Source: Ginglymostoma cirratum (Eukaryota). From it: a stretch of 64,000 nucleotides of DNA. Below are positions 1 through 13,254 of this stretch, piece by piece (the stretch's first letter is position 1; every line of letters begins with the position of its first letter). Where the stretch lies: the NCBI GenBank assembly GCA_024137785.1, contig JAHRHZ010000075.1, positions 23,119,041 to 23,183,040 of the forward strand. The letters are read 5' to 3'. The notes under the pieces were generated by a model, which saw nothing but the letters and a program-made list of their open reading frames with translations, was not told where the DNA came from and searched no databases. The position numbers were made by a program, and so were the translations under genes.

Positions 1-700
1 CCACAACCCCAGTATACCCAATATCTCTTCAAAACTGAAACCCTCCAGCCCAGGCAACATCCCCATAAATCTCCTCAGTCCCCTCTCCAGTGTTATTACA
101 TCCTTCCTATAATGCGGATTCCAGAAATACAAAACAACGCTCCAGCTGTTGCTAACCAACTTTTTAATACAGTTTCAGCACAACTCCCTGCTCTTAAACT
201 CGAACTTTGCTCATAAATTCAAGTACCCCATTTGCCCACCACTTAATCTACTACCTGTTTCCATTACCTTAAAGGGAATCATCATAGAATCCCTACAGTG
301 TGGAAACAGGCCCTTCGGCCCAACAAGTCCACACCAACCCTCAGAACATCCCATCCAGACCCTGTCCCCTATAACCCTGTTAATCTACACACCCCTGAAC
401 ACTATGGTCAATTTAGCATGGCCAATCCACCTAATCTGCACATTTTTGGACTGTGGGAGAAAACCAAAGCACCCAGAGGAAACCCAAATAGACACAGGGA
501 GGAAGTGCAAACTCCAAACAGACAGTTGCCCGAGGGTGGAATCGAACCCGGGTTCCTGGTGCTGTGAAGCAGCAGCACTAACCACTGAGCCACCGTGCTG
601 CCCTTGGTAGACATGTGCACCTAGGTCCCTCTGAACTGCAGCACTTCCCATAGTCTGTTTGTTCAAAATGCATTCACTTGCTTGTCTGGCCTGCCCAAGT
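1..700 (-). mobile_element. Degraded CR1/HER1-type LINE ORF2 3' fragment, interrupted by an HE1 SINE
   Basis: Resembles the other CR1 copies in the window (ccaggcaacatcc...aatctcctc...ccctctcca; cctaggtccctctg) and continues on both sides of the SINE. Confidence 0.6.
278..603 (-). mobile_element. HE1-type V-SINE (tRNA-derived), full length
   Basis: Reverse complement has A-box tggctcagtggtt, B-box gggttcgattcc, V-domain aggtggattggccatgctaaattg, and LINE-like tail gggccgaagggcctgtttccacactgtagggattctatga. Confidence 0.9.
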
Positions 701-1819
701 TTAACAAATGGACAGAATAAAGATAAAAACAGCCATTAAGCATGGCTTCAGTTGCCTGAATGTCTATCCTTTCACAAATAAGGCAGTGCCCAAACAAAAT
801 GGGCACCACCTTAGTAGGCACAGAAATTACTGGTTAAAGATCTAATTTCCAAGGGAAGTGTTTCCTCAGCCTCTCAAGGGACCCTACATTATCCTTATGT
901 CAGTTATAGCCTCTCTCTCTCTGCACACCCCTAAAAAAAATTCTTCCCTGCCTAGGGTGGCTTTTTCTACCCTATTATCTTTATTCCCTACCCATCACAA
1001 TGATTTCAAATCTTCCCCACTTTTGATTACATTTTACTTTCTAATTATTGCATGTTTTGACCTGACTTTCCCTTCCAAAATGTCTCTCAATTATCAAAGA
1101 TCATCACAACGATCCACAGCTCAGTGTCAGTTGGGACAGCCGGCTGGCAGGCAGTCATCTGGTTAAGGCTTTTTTTTTTAAATGAATCAAAACTTATAGT
1201 AAGCACTTAATGACTAAATAATAGTTCCAGGCAGAAGATCGTATACCCTTTCAGCACACCAGAAATCTCTTCTCCCACTCGTTTCCAAGAATTGGGCCAT
1301 GGAGTTCCAATTGAGTGGTCTACACTTATGGACGTATGAATTTGACAAGATTCTGAGTAGTCCCTCCTTGAAATCCAAATGAAGTTTTTGTGCCACCACC
1401 CACGTAATCCTTATGCTTAGCACCTTTTCCTGATCTAAATCTTTCCTGCATTGCACAAATACATTTTTATAGCCCTTAATTTGCAAATTAGATCTTTCTG
1501 CTTAAATTTTATACATAAACAGAAAAGCTTAAGTCTGTCCATACTTCTATTACATCTTCTGTCTTATGGACTCAGTCCTTATACATTTGTCTATAGTGTT
1601 GACCCCCCAGTACCAAGTGCCTTCCTAAATTCCAGCTGGACAACCACCAGAGGTAAATTTTATAGAAAATTTCACTTTGCACCCTACCCGATTCACACAC
1701 AACATTCTACACACCACTGAATTTTCTAACTACAAGATTGGAATGTATGTAAATGGATGGTTCATTCATTTTTTTTCTTAGCAATAAGCAAGATGGAGCA
1801 TTTCAGCTATTTTTTCTTT

Positions 1820-2210
1820 TTGGGAGCAGAAAAGTTGAGTGGGGGTCAGCTGTTGGAGGTGTTTTAAGATTATGAGAGGCACCAACAGGGTGAACAGAAA
1901 TCAGCTGTTCCCCTTAGCTGAAAGGTCAATAACAAGGGAGCATAATTTGAAAGTGAAAGGCAGGTTTAGAGATGATTTGTGTGAAACATCTTTCATCAAG
2001 AAAATGGTGAAATGCACTGCCTGGGAAGGTCGTTGAGGTGGGAAACATCATACCTTTTAAGAAGTACTTGAAAAAGCACTTGAAGTGTCCTATCATTTCA
2101 GGCTATAGGCCTAATTCTAAGAAGTGGGACTATTGAAGGTAGTAAGGCATTTCCGCTGGTACAGACTCAATGGGCCACAGGGTCTTTTCTGTACCATATG
2201 ACTATGATTC
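1820..2210 (+). mobile_element. CR1/HER1 LINE 3' end fragment
   Basis: Translation FKIMRGTNRVNRNQLFPL..TREHNLKVKG is typical of the CR1 ORF2 C-terminus; ends in an (ctatga)-type tail. Confidence 0.75.
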
Positions 2211-2834
2211 AATGAACAGATTTGGTCTATCAACTATTCTACTTCCATATACATTGAAGGAAAGTCTAGAAAATGTTGAGCCTTCCCATAAACTAGCAGC
2301 CACATCTCTCAAAAGGCCACCAACGAGATCCAATACCAGCTCAGCCTTCTATGAACAACAGTGCAACTGTTACAAGAAAAACCACCATGAAACAACATTC
2401 TAGTGTCCAGAGGAGTTGCGGGCTACCTTCTCTCTAATTTCTCAAGCCAATGTTCAGATCTCCAAAGTCTGTTTGCAGCAGCAACTACAGACACGAAGTG
2501 AATGCACCTAGCTATCAAACAGCACGGGATTATTGGAGGAGCAGTGCAGTTGCACAGCTTAGAGGGAACACTGTGTGCTGACAGTACATACATAAGAGAA
2601 CTAAATAAACTTCACCAGTAATGTCATCACTGTATTCTTCAGATTCAATGACAGAGCCATTGGACAAATGCTGTGTCCTCTTCAAGCTTTCAAGTAAACT
2701 ACCTACAAGATCAGCTATGGAATGCATGCTGCATTTGGATGGCTGAAAAAGCATCTCCCCACCTCAGACCTGTTTCTTGAACTCCAAAGTCACCAGCATT
2801 CTAGAAGGACAAAGAAAATACACTCAAGCATGCT

Positions 2835-3420
2835 GTTTTTTTCATTCGTTAGATAAGGTCTTTGTTGGATTGCCCATCTCCAACTGCCCTTGATTGGGCC
2901 GAATTGCTACACAGGGCAGTTAAGAGTCAACCATGTTGCTGTGGGTCTGGAGTCACCTACACGTCAGCCCAGTGAACGATGGCAGATTTCATTCCCTAAA
3001 AAGGACATCAGAAAACCAGACAGGTTTTTACGGTTTCTTCCGCGTGCTCCGGTTTCGTCCCACAGTCCAAAGATGTGCAAATTAGGTGAATTGGCCATGC
3101 TAAATTGCCCATAGTGTTCAGGAATGTGTAGGTTAGGTGAGTTATAGGGGTATGGGTCTGGGTGGGATGCTCTGAGGGTCGGTGTGGACTTGTCGGGGCC
3201 AAAGGGCCTGTTTCCACACCGTAGGGATTCTATGATTTCTATGATTACAACAGGTGGTTACATGTTCACCATTAGGGCAGCCATTTCATTCCAGATCTTA
3301 AAAAAAAAAATCAAATTTCACCATTTACCAATGATGGGATTCAAACCCATGTCTTTCGAAGATTAGCCTGTTGTGCTCTGGGTAACTAATCCAGTGAAAT
3401 TACCAGTACACCACCTCCTC
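2835..3420 (-). mobile_element. Second tRNA-headed SINE family, interrupted by a truncated HE1
   Basis: Colinear with the copy at 61500-61880 (shared tgtgggtctggagtcac...ggcagatttc...aggacatcag...aaccaga); B-box-like gggtttgaatccc on the minus strand. Confidence 0.65.
3030..3245 (+). mobile_element. HE1-type V-SINE, 5' truncated
   Basis: V-domain and tail gggcctgtttccacaccgtagggattctatgatt present; no tRNA head. Confidence 0.85.
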
Positions 3421-5718
3421 TCCTGAAATGTGGCAGCACAGGCATCAATGAAGGGGAGAAGCTTATGGCCGATCATTCAAAACGATGATAACTTGTCCAC
3501 TAAGCTGCAACATGCTCAGACCAAATGGTTTAATCATGAAGCAGAGTAGGAATGAAAGTACAAAAATCCAGCACTCCAGATCCCACTGGCTCATGCATCT
3601 TAAAGTTTATTGATTGTGAACTGGCCTGTTCAATTACATGAAGACCTCAGGAGAAACTCACAATCTTCATAAATGAAAAGGTATTTCAATTTATGTAAAG
3701 GCTATTGCAATATTTTTTGCTATGACAATGGCAAACATGGACTTGATATTCAACGTCCATCACCTGATTTCCATTACCTGAGAACTTCATGGACTAAAGT
3801 CTGCAGTTTAAAGGATTAGATTAATTATTGGTAAGACATGGATTCAAGTCACGCGACAGGAATTGGGGAACTTAAATTCAGTTAAATAAATATTGACATT
3901 AGTAATGATCGCAAGCTTCTGGGTTGTTGTAAAACCTCACCTTGTTCACGGATGTACTCTAAGAAAATATGGACTAAAACCAAATTTTTTTTTAAAGTAA
4001 GGTCAAATACTATCTAAAACAATGCCATGATCACATGACCAGAAATTGAAGCAAGCTTTACGAAGGGTCTACTAAAATCATCAGCACTGAAACAATGAAA
4101 CCAGACACTAAACACAGTGTCAAGAAATTTGCATCTTGCTAAATTCACGTATAATAATTTCCCGTATTGGGAGATGAATGGCTCATTTGCCAGATTGGTT
4201 AGAAAGCAATATACTGAGCAGACATGGGAATATACAAATGAGCCTTTATCATTGGCTGGCTGGGGTAGCAATGGAGAAGGAAAAATGGATTTGTAAGCAA
4301 GAACCCTAAAGACTCACTCACTTTCCCACCCTCCCTGCCTGTTTTAGATCGAACCCAATCAAAATCAAAACTCAGTGCTCAGTGCAAAGCAACTTGGAAT
4401 ATCGGCCATTCATTGCAAACACAAGACCTACCATATTCACTATTGCCTGAAGAAGCAAGGTCAGAGCTAAACAGTCAGGACTCAATTAAAAAATCTAAAC
4501 GTCAAGGACTCTTGTAATCTTTAAACACAATTACCTTTCCATCTATCGAGAACTTTCCTTCCACCCCATCAACCAGCTTTTAAAGTTCACCCAACAGTTT
4601 AGAGTCACTTAGCAATGTTTCTCAGGATTAGGAGATTTTTTTAAAAATCCTCTTTCTTTCATTAAAGACAACCTTGTAGTTAGGTCACTTCATTATTATC
4701 TAGTTAATTATGTTTTAACACAAGTATGGTAACTATGTACTAAAAAACTGATTTGGCCAACCATGAGGGTCTCAATAAGACAGCATTGTCATTATCGGCT
4801 TTGTTTTAAAAAAATAAATTCAACTACCTGTAACGCCAAAATCAAATATATAATTTCCACGGATATCCTCGATCAAATAAATTTAGCTACTCCATAATAC
4901 ATTTGCTCCATGAATGCTTTAAAGTTAATTGCTCCTAATTTCAATCAGGACAGTGACGTAATTATTGGTCAAATCACAGCAGTGAGACAGACAGCATGGC
5001 AGGAGTGAGAAAATCAGCTAGTATACAGAAACAGTCCATTTCTACACAGAAAAATAAAGCAATTGAAAAGATAATTCCTGCTTCTCCACGGTAACAGGGC
5101 ATGTGACTCCTGCTGCTTGAGTGTCTACCGCTGGGCCGAGAAAAGATAGGCTACAAAATGTCTATCCATCTGAATAGTTTCAGAATGGAGTCTTGAAAGG
5201 TTTTTTCTGGCTAAATAAAATCAAAATTTTCTGCAGGACTCTCCCACAAAATTCCAAAATGACTATTCAACGGTGTGCTCGGTTTCCCCCTTTCCCAACA
5301 TCTAATGGTTGCCTACACTACACCTATGTTAGCACATAATCACTGTTGTTAAGATTATTCAATTCCATTTGGACTCTGCATAGTGTAATGAAATCAGGTG
5401 TAGCTGCAGATACATTGACATTCTTGATTTACCACCGTTAATCGAGCAGAACATGATTGAAAATGACATCTTCAATTTGATGCTGGTCCCTTCGAAGGTG
5501 GGATCCTTCACCTCATTTCAAAACTGAACAACAACAAAATGGGCAGGAGTTTATGGAACATACCATTAGACAGTGCTGCAGGGAAAATCTGAATCGTTGA
5601 TCTGTAAATATTTCAGTGAATGACTATTTACAACTTTAGAAAATGCAATAGCTCATTAAAAGGCAGACCAAACTCATTTTCTGGTGTCTTTCTGAACATT
5701 TTTAAAAAAGTACACTTT

Positions 5719-8476
5719 AGGTTGTAGACTTGCTCAGCGAACTGGTGTTTGATTTCAGACGTTTCGTCACCCTGCTAGGTAACATCGTCGATGCGCCTTC
5801 AGTGAAGTGGTGGTGTTCTGTCCCGCTTGTTATTTATATGTCTCAGTTTGCTGGGGTGGTTGGCATCACTTCCGGTTCTGTTTTTCAGTGGTTTGTATAC
5901 TGGGTGCAGTTCAATGTGCTTGTTAATGGTGTTCCAGTTGGAATGCCAGGCCTCCAAGAATTCCTTGGCATGTCCCTGTTTGGCTTGTGCTATTATGGAT
6001 GCGTTGTCCCAGTCGAATTAATGTCCTTCTTTGTCTGTGTGTATTGAGACCAGTGAGAATTGGTCACGTGTCTTGGTGGCTAGTTGGTGTTAGTGTATCC
6101 TTATTGTCAGTTTTCTTCCAGTTTGGCCTATTTAATGTTTCTCAGTCCTTGCATGGTATCCTGTATATTGCGTTAGTTTTATTTGTTGTGGGTATGAGAT
6201 CCTTTCCATTCCTCAGTAGCTGTCGCAAGGTGGTTATTGGTTTGTAGACCACCCTGATACCTAGGGTCAGAATAGTCTTGTGGTCATCTCGGATATGTCT
6301 CTGATGTACAGTAGGGTGACTAGTGTGTCTGGCCGTGGTGTGTCTTCTTCTTGTGGTCTGTCGCGGAGGCAACGGCAGATTGTGCTTTCTGGGTATCCAT
6401 TCCTTTTAAAAACTCCGTATAAGTGCTCCTGTTCTGCTTTGCGTAATTCTGTTGTTGCTGCAGTGCGCGTTGACTCGTTTGAATAATGTCCTATGCAGCT
6501 CCGTTTGTGTATGTTGGGGTCGTTGGCAGTGTAATTAAGTATCTGGTCTATATGTGTGGTCTTTCTGTATACGCTAGTCTGGAGTTCCCCACTGTTCTGG
6601 TGTTCAACCATTATGTCTAGGAAGGGTAGTCAGTTATTGTTCTTCTCTTCTTTTGTGAATTTTATTCCGGTGAGAATGTTGTTCATGCGTCGGTGAGTTT
6701 CTTCTGGTCTTGTGCGTTTGATAATCAAAAAAGGTGTCATCTACATAGCAGACCCAGAGTTTGGGTTGTATAGTGGGGAAGCACTGTTTATTCTAACCTT
6801 TGCATTATTGCTTCTGCAATCAGTTCTGATAATGGGGATCCCATTGGTGTTCCGTTGATGTGTTTGAATATATAGTTGTTGAAGGTGAAGTGGGTTGTGA
6901 GGCACAGATCCAGCAGTTTCAGGGTACTGTCCTTGATGCTGTTGCTGTCGTGAGATGCCAGCCTTCCTGATTTGTCCAGTGTGGCAATTGTCTCTTTGGC
7001 TAGGTCAAATGTTTATGGATGTAAACAGTGCTGTTATGTCAAAGGATATCATAATCTTGTCCTCTTCTATTCTGGTGTCCTTAATGATGCTGAGGAATTC
7101 TTGGGAGGAGTGGATGGAACGGGTAGCGTTGTCAACTAAGTATTTCGGTTTCCGTTGTAGTTCTTTGGCTAGTCTATATGTTGGTGTGCCTGGTAGTGAG
7201 ACATTGGGTCTGAAAGGGAGCCCTGGCCTGTGTACCTTAGGGAGTCCATAGGAGCGGTGTGTGTTGAATCCCTCTGGCCTCATTTTTTGGTAGTCTGTTT
7301 TGCTGATATCTCCCAAGTTGTGCAATTTCTTCAGGGTTGTTGCAATCTGGTTCTCGAACTGTACTGTTGGGTCTATTGCTATGTGTTGGTAGGTGTCAAT
7401 ATCTACTAGTAGTGTGTTAGAGTCCAATACATTGAGAAAGCTATTAAGGATTAGTATCATGCGTCCTTTGTCCACCGGTAAGATTGTGATGTTTCTGTCT
7501 TTGAGTCTTTTCAAGGCTTTCTTCTCGTGTCGAGACTGTGTTCCACCTACCTTTTCCGCTCAGTGTTGGGACTATCGTCTGTCTGATAGCCTGTTTTATT
7601 TCCTTAAGAGTCTATTCCAGCGCAGCCAGGAAATCAGTTTTTTTGGTGTCTCTGTAGTTATAACTCAGTCCACGTACCAGGACGGTCTTCTCAGTGTCTG
7701 TAAGTGGTCAGTCGGAGATGTTCTTGATTCATGTTTCCGTGCTGTCCGTGCCATTGTTGTGGGGGAGTTTGGATAGTTTTTCTTGTAGGGCTGTTCCTTT
7801 TTTGTTCTGGTATGGTGATGGCTTGTTCCAGTGTGGTTGTCCATTCTTGGTCGGTTGCATTGGAGTTCAAAGTTTTTTGGCAAGCAATTTCCTGCTCGTA
7901 TTTGTGGAGGCGACTGTGACCATCATTAATCATAACCCTTATCATTCTGTGCCCGTTCTGCGCAACTGTTCTCCGTGCCTGTGGATTTTTGATAGGTAGT
8001 TTATATTTTAAGCTTTGTGGTAATACCTGCTTTGGAGGCATTCATGCAGCAAGTACAGTTGCTCGCAGGTCGCACTCCGGCAGATGGTATTTATCTCCCA
8101 CCTGCGGCCAGTTTGAGGGTATTGCGCACGAACAAAGGACACAAATTCAACTGGGGCAACACATCCATAACAGCACGAGCCAAACAGACATGCCAGGGAA
8201 TTCTTGGAGGCCTGGCATTCCAACCAGAACTCCAACAAACACATTGAACTGGACCCTACATACGAACCACTGAAAAACAGAACCAGAAGTAATGCCAACC
8301 ACCCCAGCAAACCGAGGCATATGAACAACAAGCAGGACAGAACAACAATGCTTCACCAGAGACACACTGACAATGTTACCTAGCAGGAATACAAAACATG
8401 TACAATCAAATGAACCGGCTTGGCGAGCAAGTCTACAACCTCATCCACAATCTGAATGACAAATCTTCCCAAAAAC
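5719..8476 (-). mobile_element. Near full-length degraded Penelope-like element (Penelope/Poseidon-like; RT + GIY-YIG) with an inverted terminal arm at ~8125-8476
   Basis: Motifs LPVDKG, YGLPKVH, MISFDITALFTSI, YVDDT, VYRKTTHIDQILNY, IYRIPCKD..IGQTG. 8125-8440 is an inverted copy of 5720-6045. Hammerhead-like cores at 5758-5792 (-) and 8367-8400 (+). Confidence 0.9.
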
Positions 8477-8566
8477 TTTAAAAGGAACATTTTGATTTCA
8501 ATTTTCGGGATCAAAAATCGGACATTACAAACTTGTCAGCACACAAAAATGACAAAGAATATCAGT

Positions 8567-8572
8567 TTTATT
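8567..8572 (-). promoter_or_regulatory. Probable PCMTD1 polyadenylation signal AATAAA
   Basis: Minus strand AATAAA followed by ...gtca and U/GU-rich tttttgtgtg, at the end of a ~1.5 kb repeat-free AT-rich tract after the stop codon. Confidence 0.55.
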
Positions 8573-10031
8573 GCAAAATATTTCCCCAAATAAATGTATA
8601 CAGAAGCAAACATTTAGATTTAGATTTCATAGAACTGCTGGTCTTTAAATAGTAATTCTATGAAATGAAACAAACCATATTTGACACCAAAAGCAACACT
8701 TCTAAACATGAATTTATATTTCTTGATCAAAGTTGCAGAAAATTACATTACCTATGAAAATACACCTATTAATTTTTAACTACTGTATAATAGATCAAAT
8801 GACAAACAGTGCAGAAAAAAAGGTTTTTCAATGTCTGTACAAAAAGCCTAGTATTTACCTGAATGTCACTCCAAGTATCATTACCAAGTTCACAATCCAC
8901 CATGGATTAATCATCTTGGTACACAAGTACAACCTACTGTACGTGTTATCAAGAAAATATCCCTCAGTGACCTCTCCTTGAGCTGTACCCAAACTAAGGA
9001 TTCAGGAGAGGTGCAAATGAGCAAAGTACTACAGTAAGCAAATCAGTGGCGATGGTATATTGCCTTACTTTTTTGCAAGTTTGCTACATAATTCCTAAGG
9101 TCCCAGAGTATTATTTAAGGGTATTTACTATCCCAAAGTAATTTCAAAGTGAAAAAGGTAACAGCATTTTCAATTTCTAACACTTGAAAAACATAGCTCA
9201 AAAATAATAAAACACAGAGCAAGTTTTGTCAAAAATGGTCTTGGCAAACTTAAATTTTCCTAAATTCTAAAGTGCATTGCAGTATAAGGAGATTGTACAA
9301 TATTTTGAGTCTTAATATTATTCATCCTCATACATGTAATTAGAATATGGAACAATTACTTTTATCAAAGCCCAATTAAAAGGACCTGCCATATATTATT
9401 TGCGGGCAGTAAACACATCATTAAGTAGCTGCACAATTATCGATGGTATAGCTAAATCCACACTTTTGAACTAAACTGCTCAGAGGATTTTTTGCATCGT
9501 CAGAAGAAATATTCCTTTAGATTAACACAGTTCAATGTTAAACAAATACATTGCTTTATGTCTTATTTATCATTTGGTTGCACATGCATGACTTACGAAG
9601 AGAAGTGATAATAAAAGTAAAAATTGCTAATTGCTGTAGCAAATCTGATTAATCGAGTTATATTAAATGGCACTCGCCACTTAAATGTTTAAAACCTTTA
9701 TGCAACTTTAAAAATAACCTACTTTTCATCTTCTCATAGAAAATGTGATATCATTTGCATCAAAAAGTTATTATGCCATCAGAAATCTCAAGATTAATGT
9801 GTATATCTGAAGGAGTATTCTGCTTTAATCTTCAAACGTGAACTGATAGGATTAATTAAAAGTAGTCAAGTTAAACCAATTTAATCATACATTTACTATT
9901 TGAAACCTGCTTTCTTTATATTCAAAGAAATATCATTTTTGGAGTGATTATTTGAGAAAAATGCTACATTACATTTGAGATTTTGAAAAGCCAGTGAATA
10001 TAGATACCTTTAGGATTATTTTTGTTCAGTG

Positions 10032-10396
10032 CTATTTTTGTCTATAGAAGGTTAGGTACGCTTTCAAAGATTCTGGTAGTGGCAGACTCAGAATTCTCTC
10101 TCGAAGTAAATTTGGGGAAGCTTCTTCCTGTTTGAGGTCTTCATTCATTTCTTTTTCTTCTTCTTTATTTTCTTCCATTTTGTCATCCTCATCACTGTCA
10201 AATGGCTGAGGTATCAACTGATTGCCTACAAATACATAGGTATCAATTTTACGCCTACGAAGCTTCTTGCGTTTTCGTTTTGGTGCAGCCTTCTGAGGAA
10301 TGCCTTTGGCCTGAATCTCTTGATTTATCAAGTTCCTAAGAGTGCGGCGAATGTAAATCCTTGCCAAGTCCTGGAGGCATCGTACAGTCACTGGTG
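10032..10396 (-). CDS. PCMTD1: PCMTD1 last coding exon (BC-box, basic and acidic tracts, Cul-box)
   Basis: Acceptor ttctgcag, phase 1; (P)PVTVRCLQDLARIYIRRTL...KRKRKK...LPLPESLKAYLTFYRQK*; TAG at 10034-10032. Confidence 0.96.
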
Positions 10397-11194
10397 CTGC
10401 AGAAATGGAAGAAAAAGCTTTCTCGTTTCATTACCATATTTTATTATTCGTTCATGGTGTTGCAAATAGCAAGGGAAGGCTATGTATAATCTTCAGAAGT
10501 GGGGCTATTCTGTTCAATCTTCTGACCTGCCAACCGTCTTTGCACAAACCTGATTTCTCTTTTAGTCTGATACTATTGTTAGCCTTTCTAGTTAACAATA
10601 GAAGATGGATCCAATCCTCGTAATTTTTCTTATTCGCCGAAATTTGCCTATTCTGCAAATTGTAAAACATTAACTTATCAACCAATGCATTTCTACTGAC
10701 CTGTTCTTTAAACTAATTTACTAATGCACTTCAGCAAGCTCTGCTTTCGTTCCTTCATATTTGCCCAGAGTGTCTCAGGCCCATTCCTTTCTCTCCCTCA
10801 AACTACAAGTAAAATTCAACTGTGGTACTGGCCACCTAAAAGATGTTTTCACTAGGAGATCATTAATTAATCCATCTCATTACACAATACCACATTTAGT
10901 ATAGGCTTCTCCCTGGTTATTTCTAGAATATGCTATTCAAAGAAACTATCCTGAAAGCATTCAATTAACTCCTCATCTAGGCTACTTCTGTCCACCTGAC
11001 ATTTCTAGGTGCTATGTAGATTAGAATCTCCATTCATTACCACTGTGCCTTTCTGATAAGCTCTCGTTATTTTGTCCTTTATACTCCGCTTACTGTTAAG
11101 CACTTGTACACAACTGTCACAAGAGACTTCTTGCCTTTACCCTTTCTCACTGCCACCCAAACTGTAACCACATCTTGATTTCCTGAACTTAGAT

Positions 11195-12200
11195 CATAGA
11201 GTCATAGAGTAATGCAGCATGGAAACAGGCGCTTCAGCTCAAACTGGTCCATGCTGACCATGGTTCCCACTCAGCTCGTTCCAACTGCCCACATTTGGTC
11301 CATATCGATCTAAACTCTTCTCATCCATGTACCTATCCAAAAGCTTTTTAAATTTTGTTGTTGTACCTGCCTTAACCACTTTCTCTGGCAGCCCATTCCA
11401 TATTCGCACCATTCTCTGCATGAAGAAGTTGCCCCTCAGGTCCTCCTTAAATCTGTCCCCTCTCACCTTAAACCTATGCCCTCTCATTTTCAATTTCCTA
11501 TCCCTGGTAAAAAGACTATACGCATTCATCCTATCCATGGCCCTCTTGATTTTGTACACCTCAACAAGGTCACCGCTCATTCTCCTACCTTTCAAGGAAT
11601 ACAGTCCTATCCTGGCCAACCTTTCCCTATAACTGAGGCCTACTAGTCCTGGCAACATCCTCATAAACTAGAAAGTGTGCAAAAAAGATTTAACTATGTC
11701 TTTCCTAAAACAGGGTGACCAAAACTGTACACAATACTCCACGTGCAGCCTCACCACCAACTTGTACAACTGTAACATAACATCCCAACTCCTGTATACA
11801 ATGCCTCGACCGATGAAGGCCAGCATGCTAATTGACTCCTGCACCACTCTGCCCATTTGTAATACCGCTTTCAACGAACTTTGTACTTGTACTCCTAGGT
11901 CCCCCTATTCCATAACACTCTTCAGGACCTTACCATTTACTGTATAACTCCGACTTTGGTTTGGCGTTCCAAAGTGCAACACCTCACACTTATCTGTATT
12001 GAACTGCATTTGCCAATCCTCAGCCCCCTTTCCTATCTGATCAAGATCCTGCTGTAATTCTTGATAACATCCCTCACCATCAACATTACCTCCAAATTTT
12101 GTATCATCCGCAAACTTACTAACCATGCATTGTACATTCACATCCAGATTATTTATGTAAATAACAAATAACAACGCTGTGGCACACCACTAGTCACAGG
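11195..12200 (-). mobile_element. CR1/HER1 LINE, RT C-terminus and 3' tail
   Basis: LFVIYINNLD..SKFADDTK, VRLHVEYCVQFWSP, LVEVYKI, RGHRFK; (ctatgact) tail at ~11195. Confidence 0.9.
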
Positions 12201-12203
12201 CCT

Positions 12204-13246
12204 TCGTTCCAAGGGCCAACTCCCCCTCCCACTCCTTGGACGACATGTCCATCCTGGGCCTCCTGCAGTGCCACAACAATGTTACCCGAGAGTTGCAGGA
12301 ACAGCACCTCATATTCCGCTTGGGAACCCTGCAGCCCAATGGTATCAATGTGGACTTCACAAGCTTCAAAATCTCCCCTCCCCCGAGCGCATCCCAAAAC
12401 GAACCCAGCTCATCCCCACCTCCCTAACCATTCCTCCCATCTCAAGCCCCACCCCCATCTCTTTCCCACTAACATCATCCCGCCCCCTTGACCTGTCCGT
12501 CCTCCCTGGACTGACCTATCCCCTCCCTAACTCCCCACCCACACTCACCTTTACTGACTCCACCCCCATCTCTTTGACCTGAGAGTCTCCTCTCCACCTA
12601 GCTTCTCCTTTATCCATCTTCTATCCGCCTTCCCTTCTCTCCCTATTTATTTCAGAATCCCCCTCCCCTCCCCCAATTCTGANNNNNNNNNNNNNNNNNN
12701 NNNNNNNNNNNNNNNNNNNNNNNNNNNNNNNNNNNNNNNNNNNNNNNNNNNNNNNNNNNNNNNNNNNNNNNNNNNNNNNNNNTGCAGGAACAGCACCTCA
12801 TATTCCGCTTGGGAACCCTGCAGCCCAAAGGTATCAATGTGGACTTCACAAGCTTCAAAATCTCCCCTCCCCCGAGCGCATCCCAAAACAAACCCAGCTC
12901 ATCCCCACCTCCCTAACCATTCCTCCCATCTCAAGCCCCACCCCCATCTCTTTCCCACTAACATCATCCCGCCCCCTTGACCTGTCCGTCCTCCCTGGAC
13001 TGACCTATCCCCTCCCTAACTCCCCACCCACACTCACCTTTACTGACTCCACCCCCATCTCTTTGACCTGAGAGTCTCCTCTCCACCTAGCTTCTCCTTT
13101 ATCCATCTTCTATCCGCCTTCCCTTCTCTCCCTATTTATTTCAGAATCCCCCTCCCCTCCCCCAATTCTGAAGAAGGGTCTCGACCCAAAACGTCAGCTT
13201 TCCTGCTCGGCCTGCTGTGTTCATCCAGCTCTACACCTTGTTATCT
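12204..13246 (+). mobile_element. Neptune-like PLE 3' fragment (GIY-YIG end, pyrimidine-rich UTR, hammerhead-bearing pLTR), duplicated across a 100-N gap
   Basis: EQHLIFRLGTLQPNGIN; core ctgaagaagggtctcgacccaaaacgtc at 13168-13195; ~12294-12682 is repeated after the gap from 12783. Confidence 0.85.
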
Positions 13247-13254
13247 TGGCCTCA

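Noticed and set aside
700-5700. First exon of PXDNL, the downstream neighbour of PCMTD1 in human, or other exons (ORFs 1214-1486, 2530-2754, open stretch ~5398-5497)
   Set aside because: No signal peptide or CPSRCLC-type motif found; the translations match nothing I recognise
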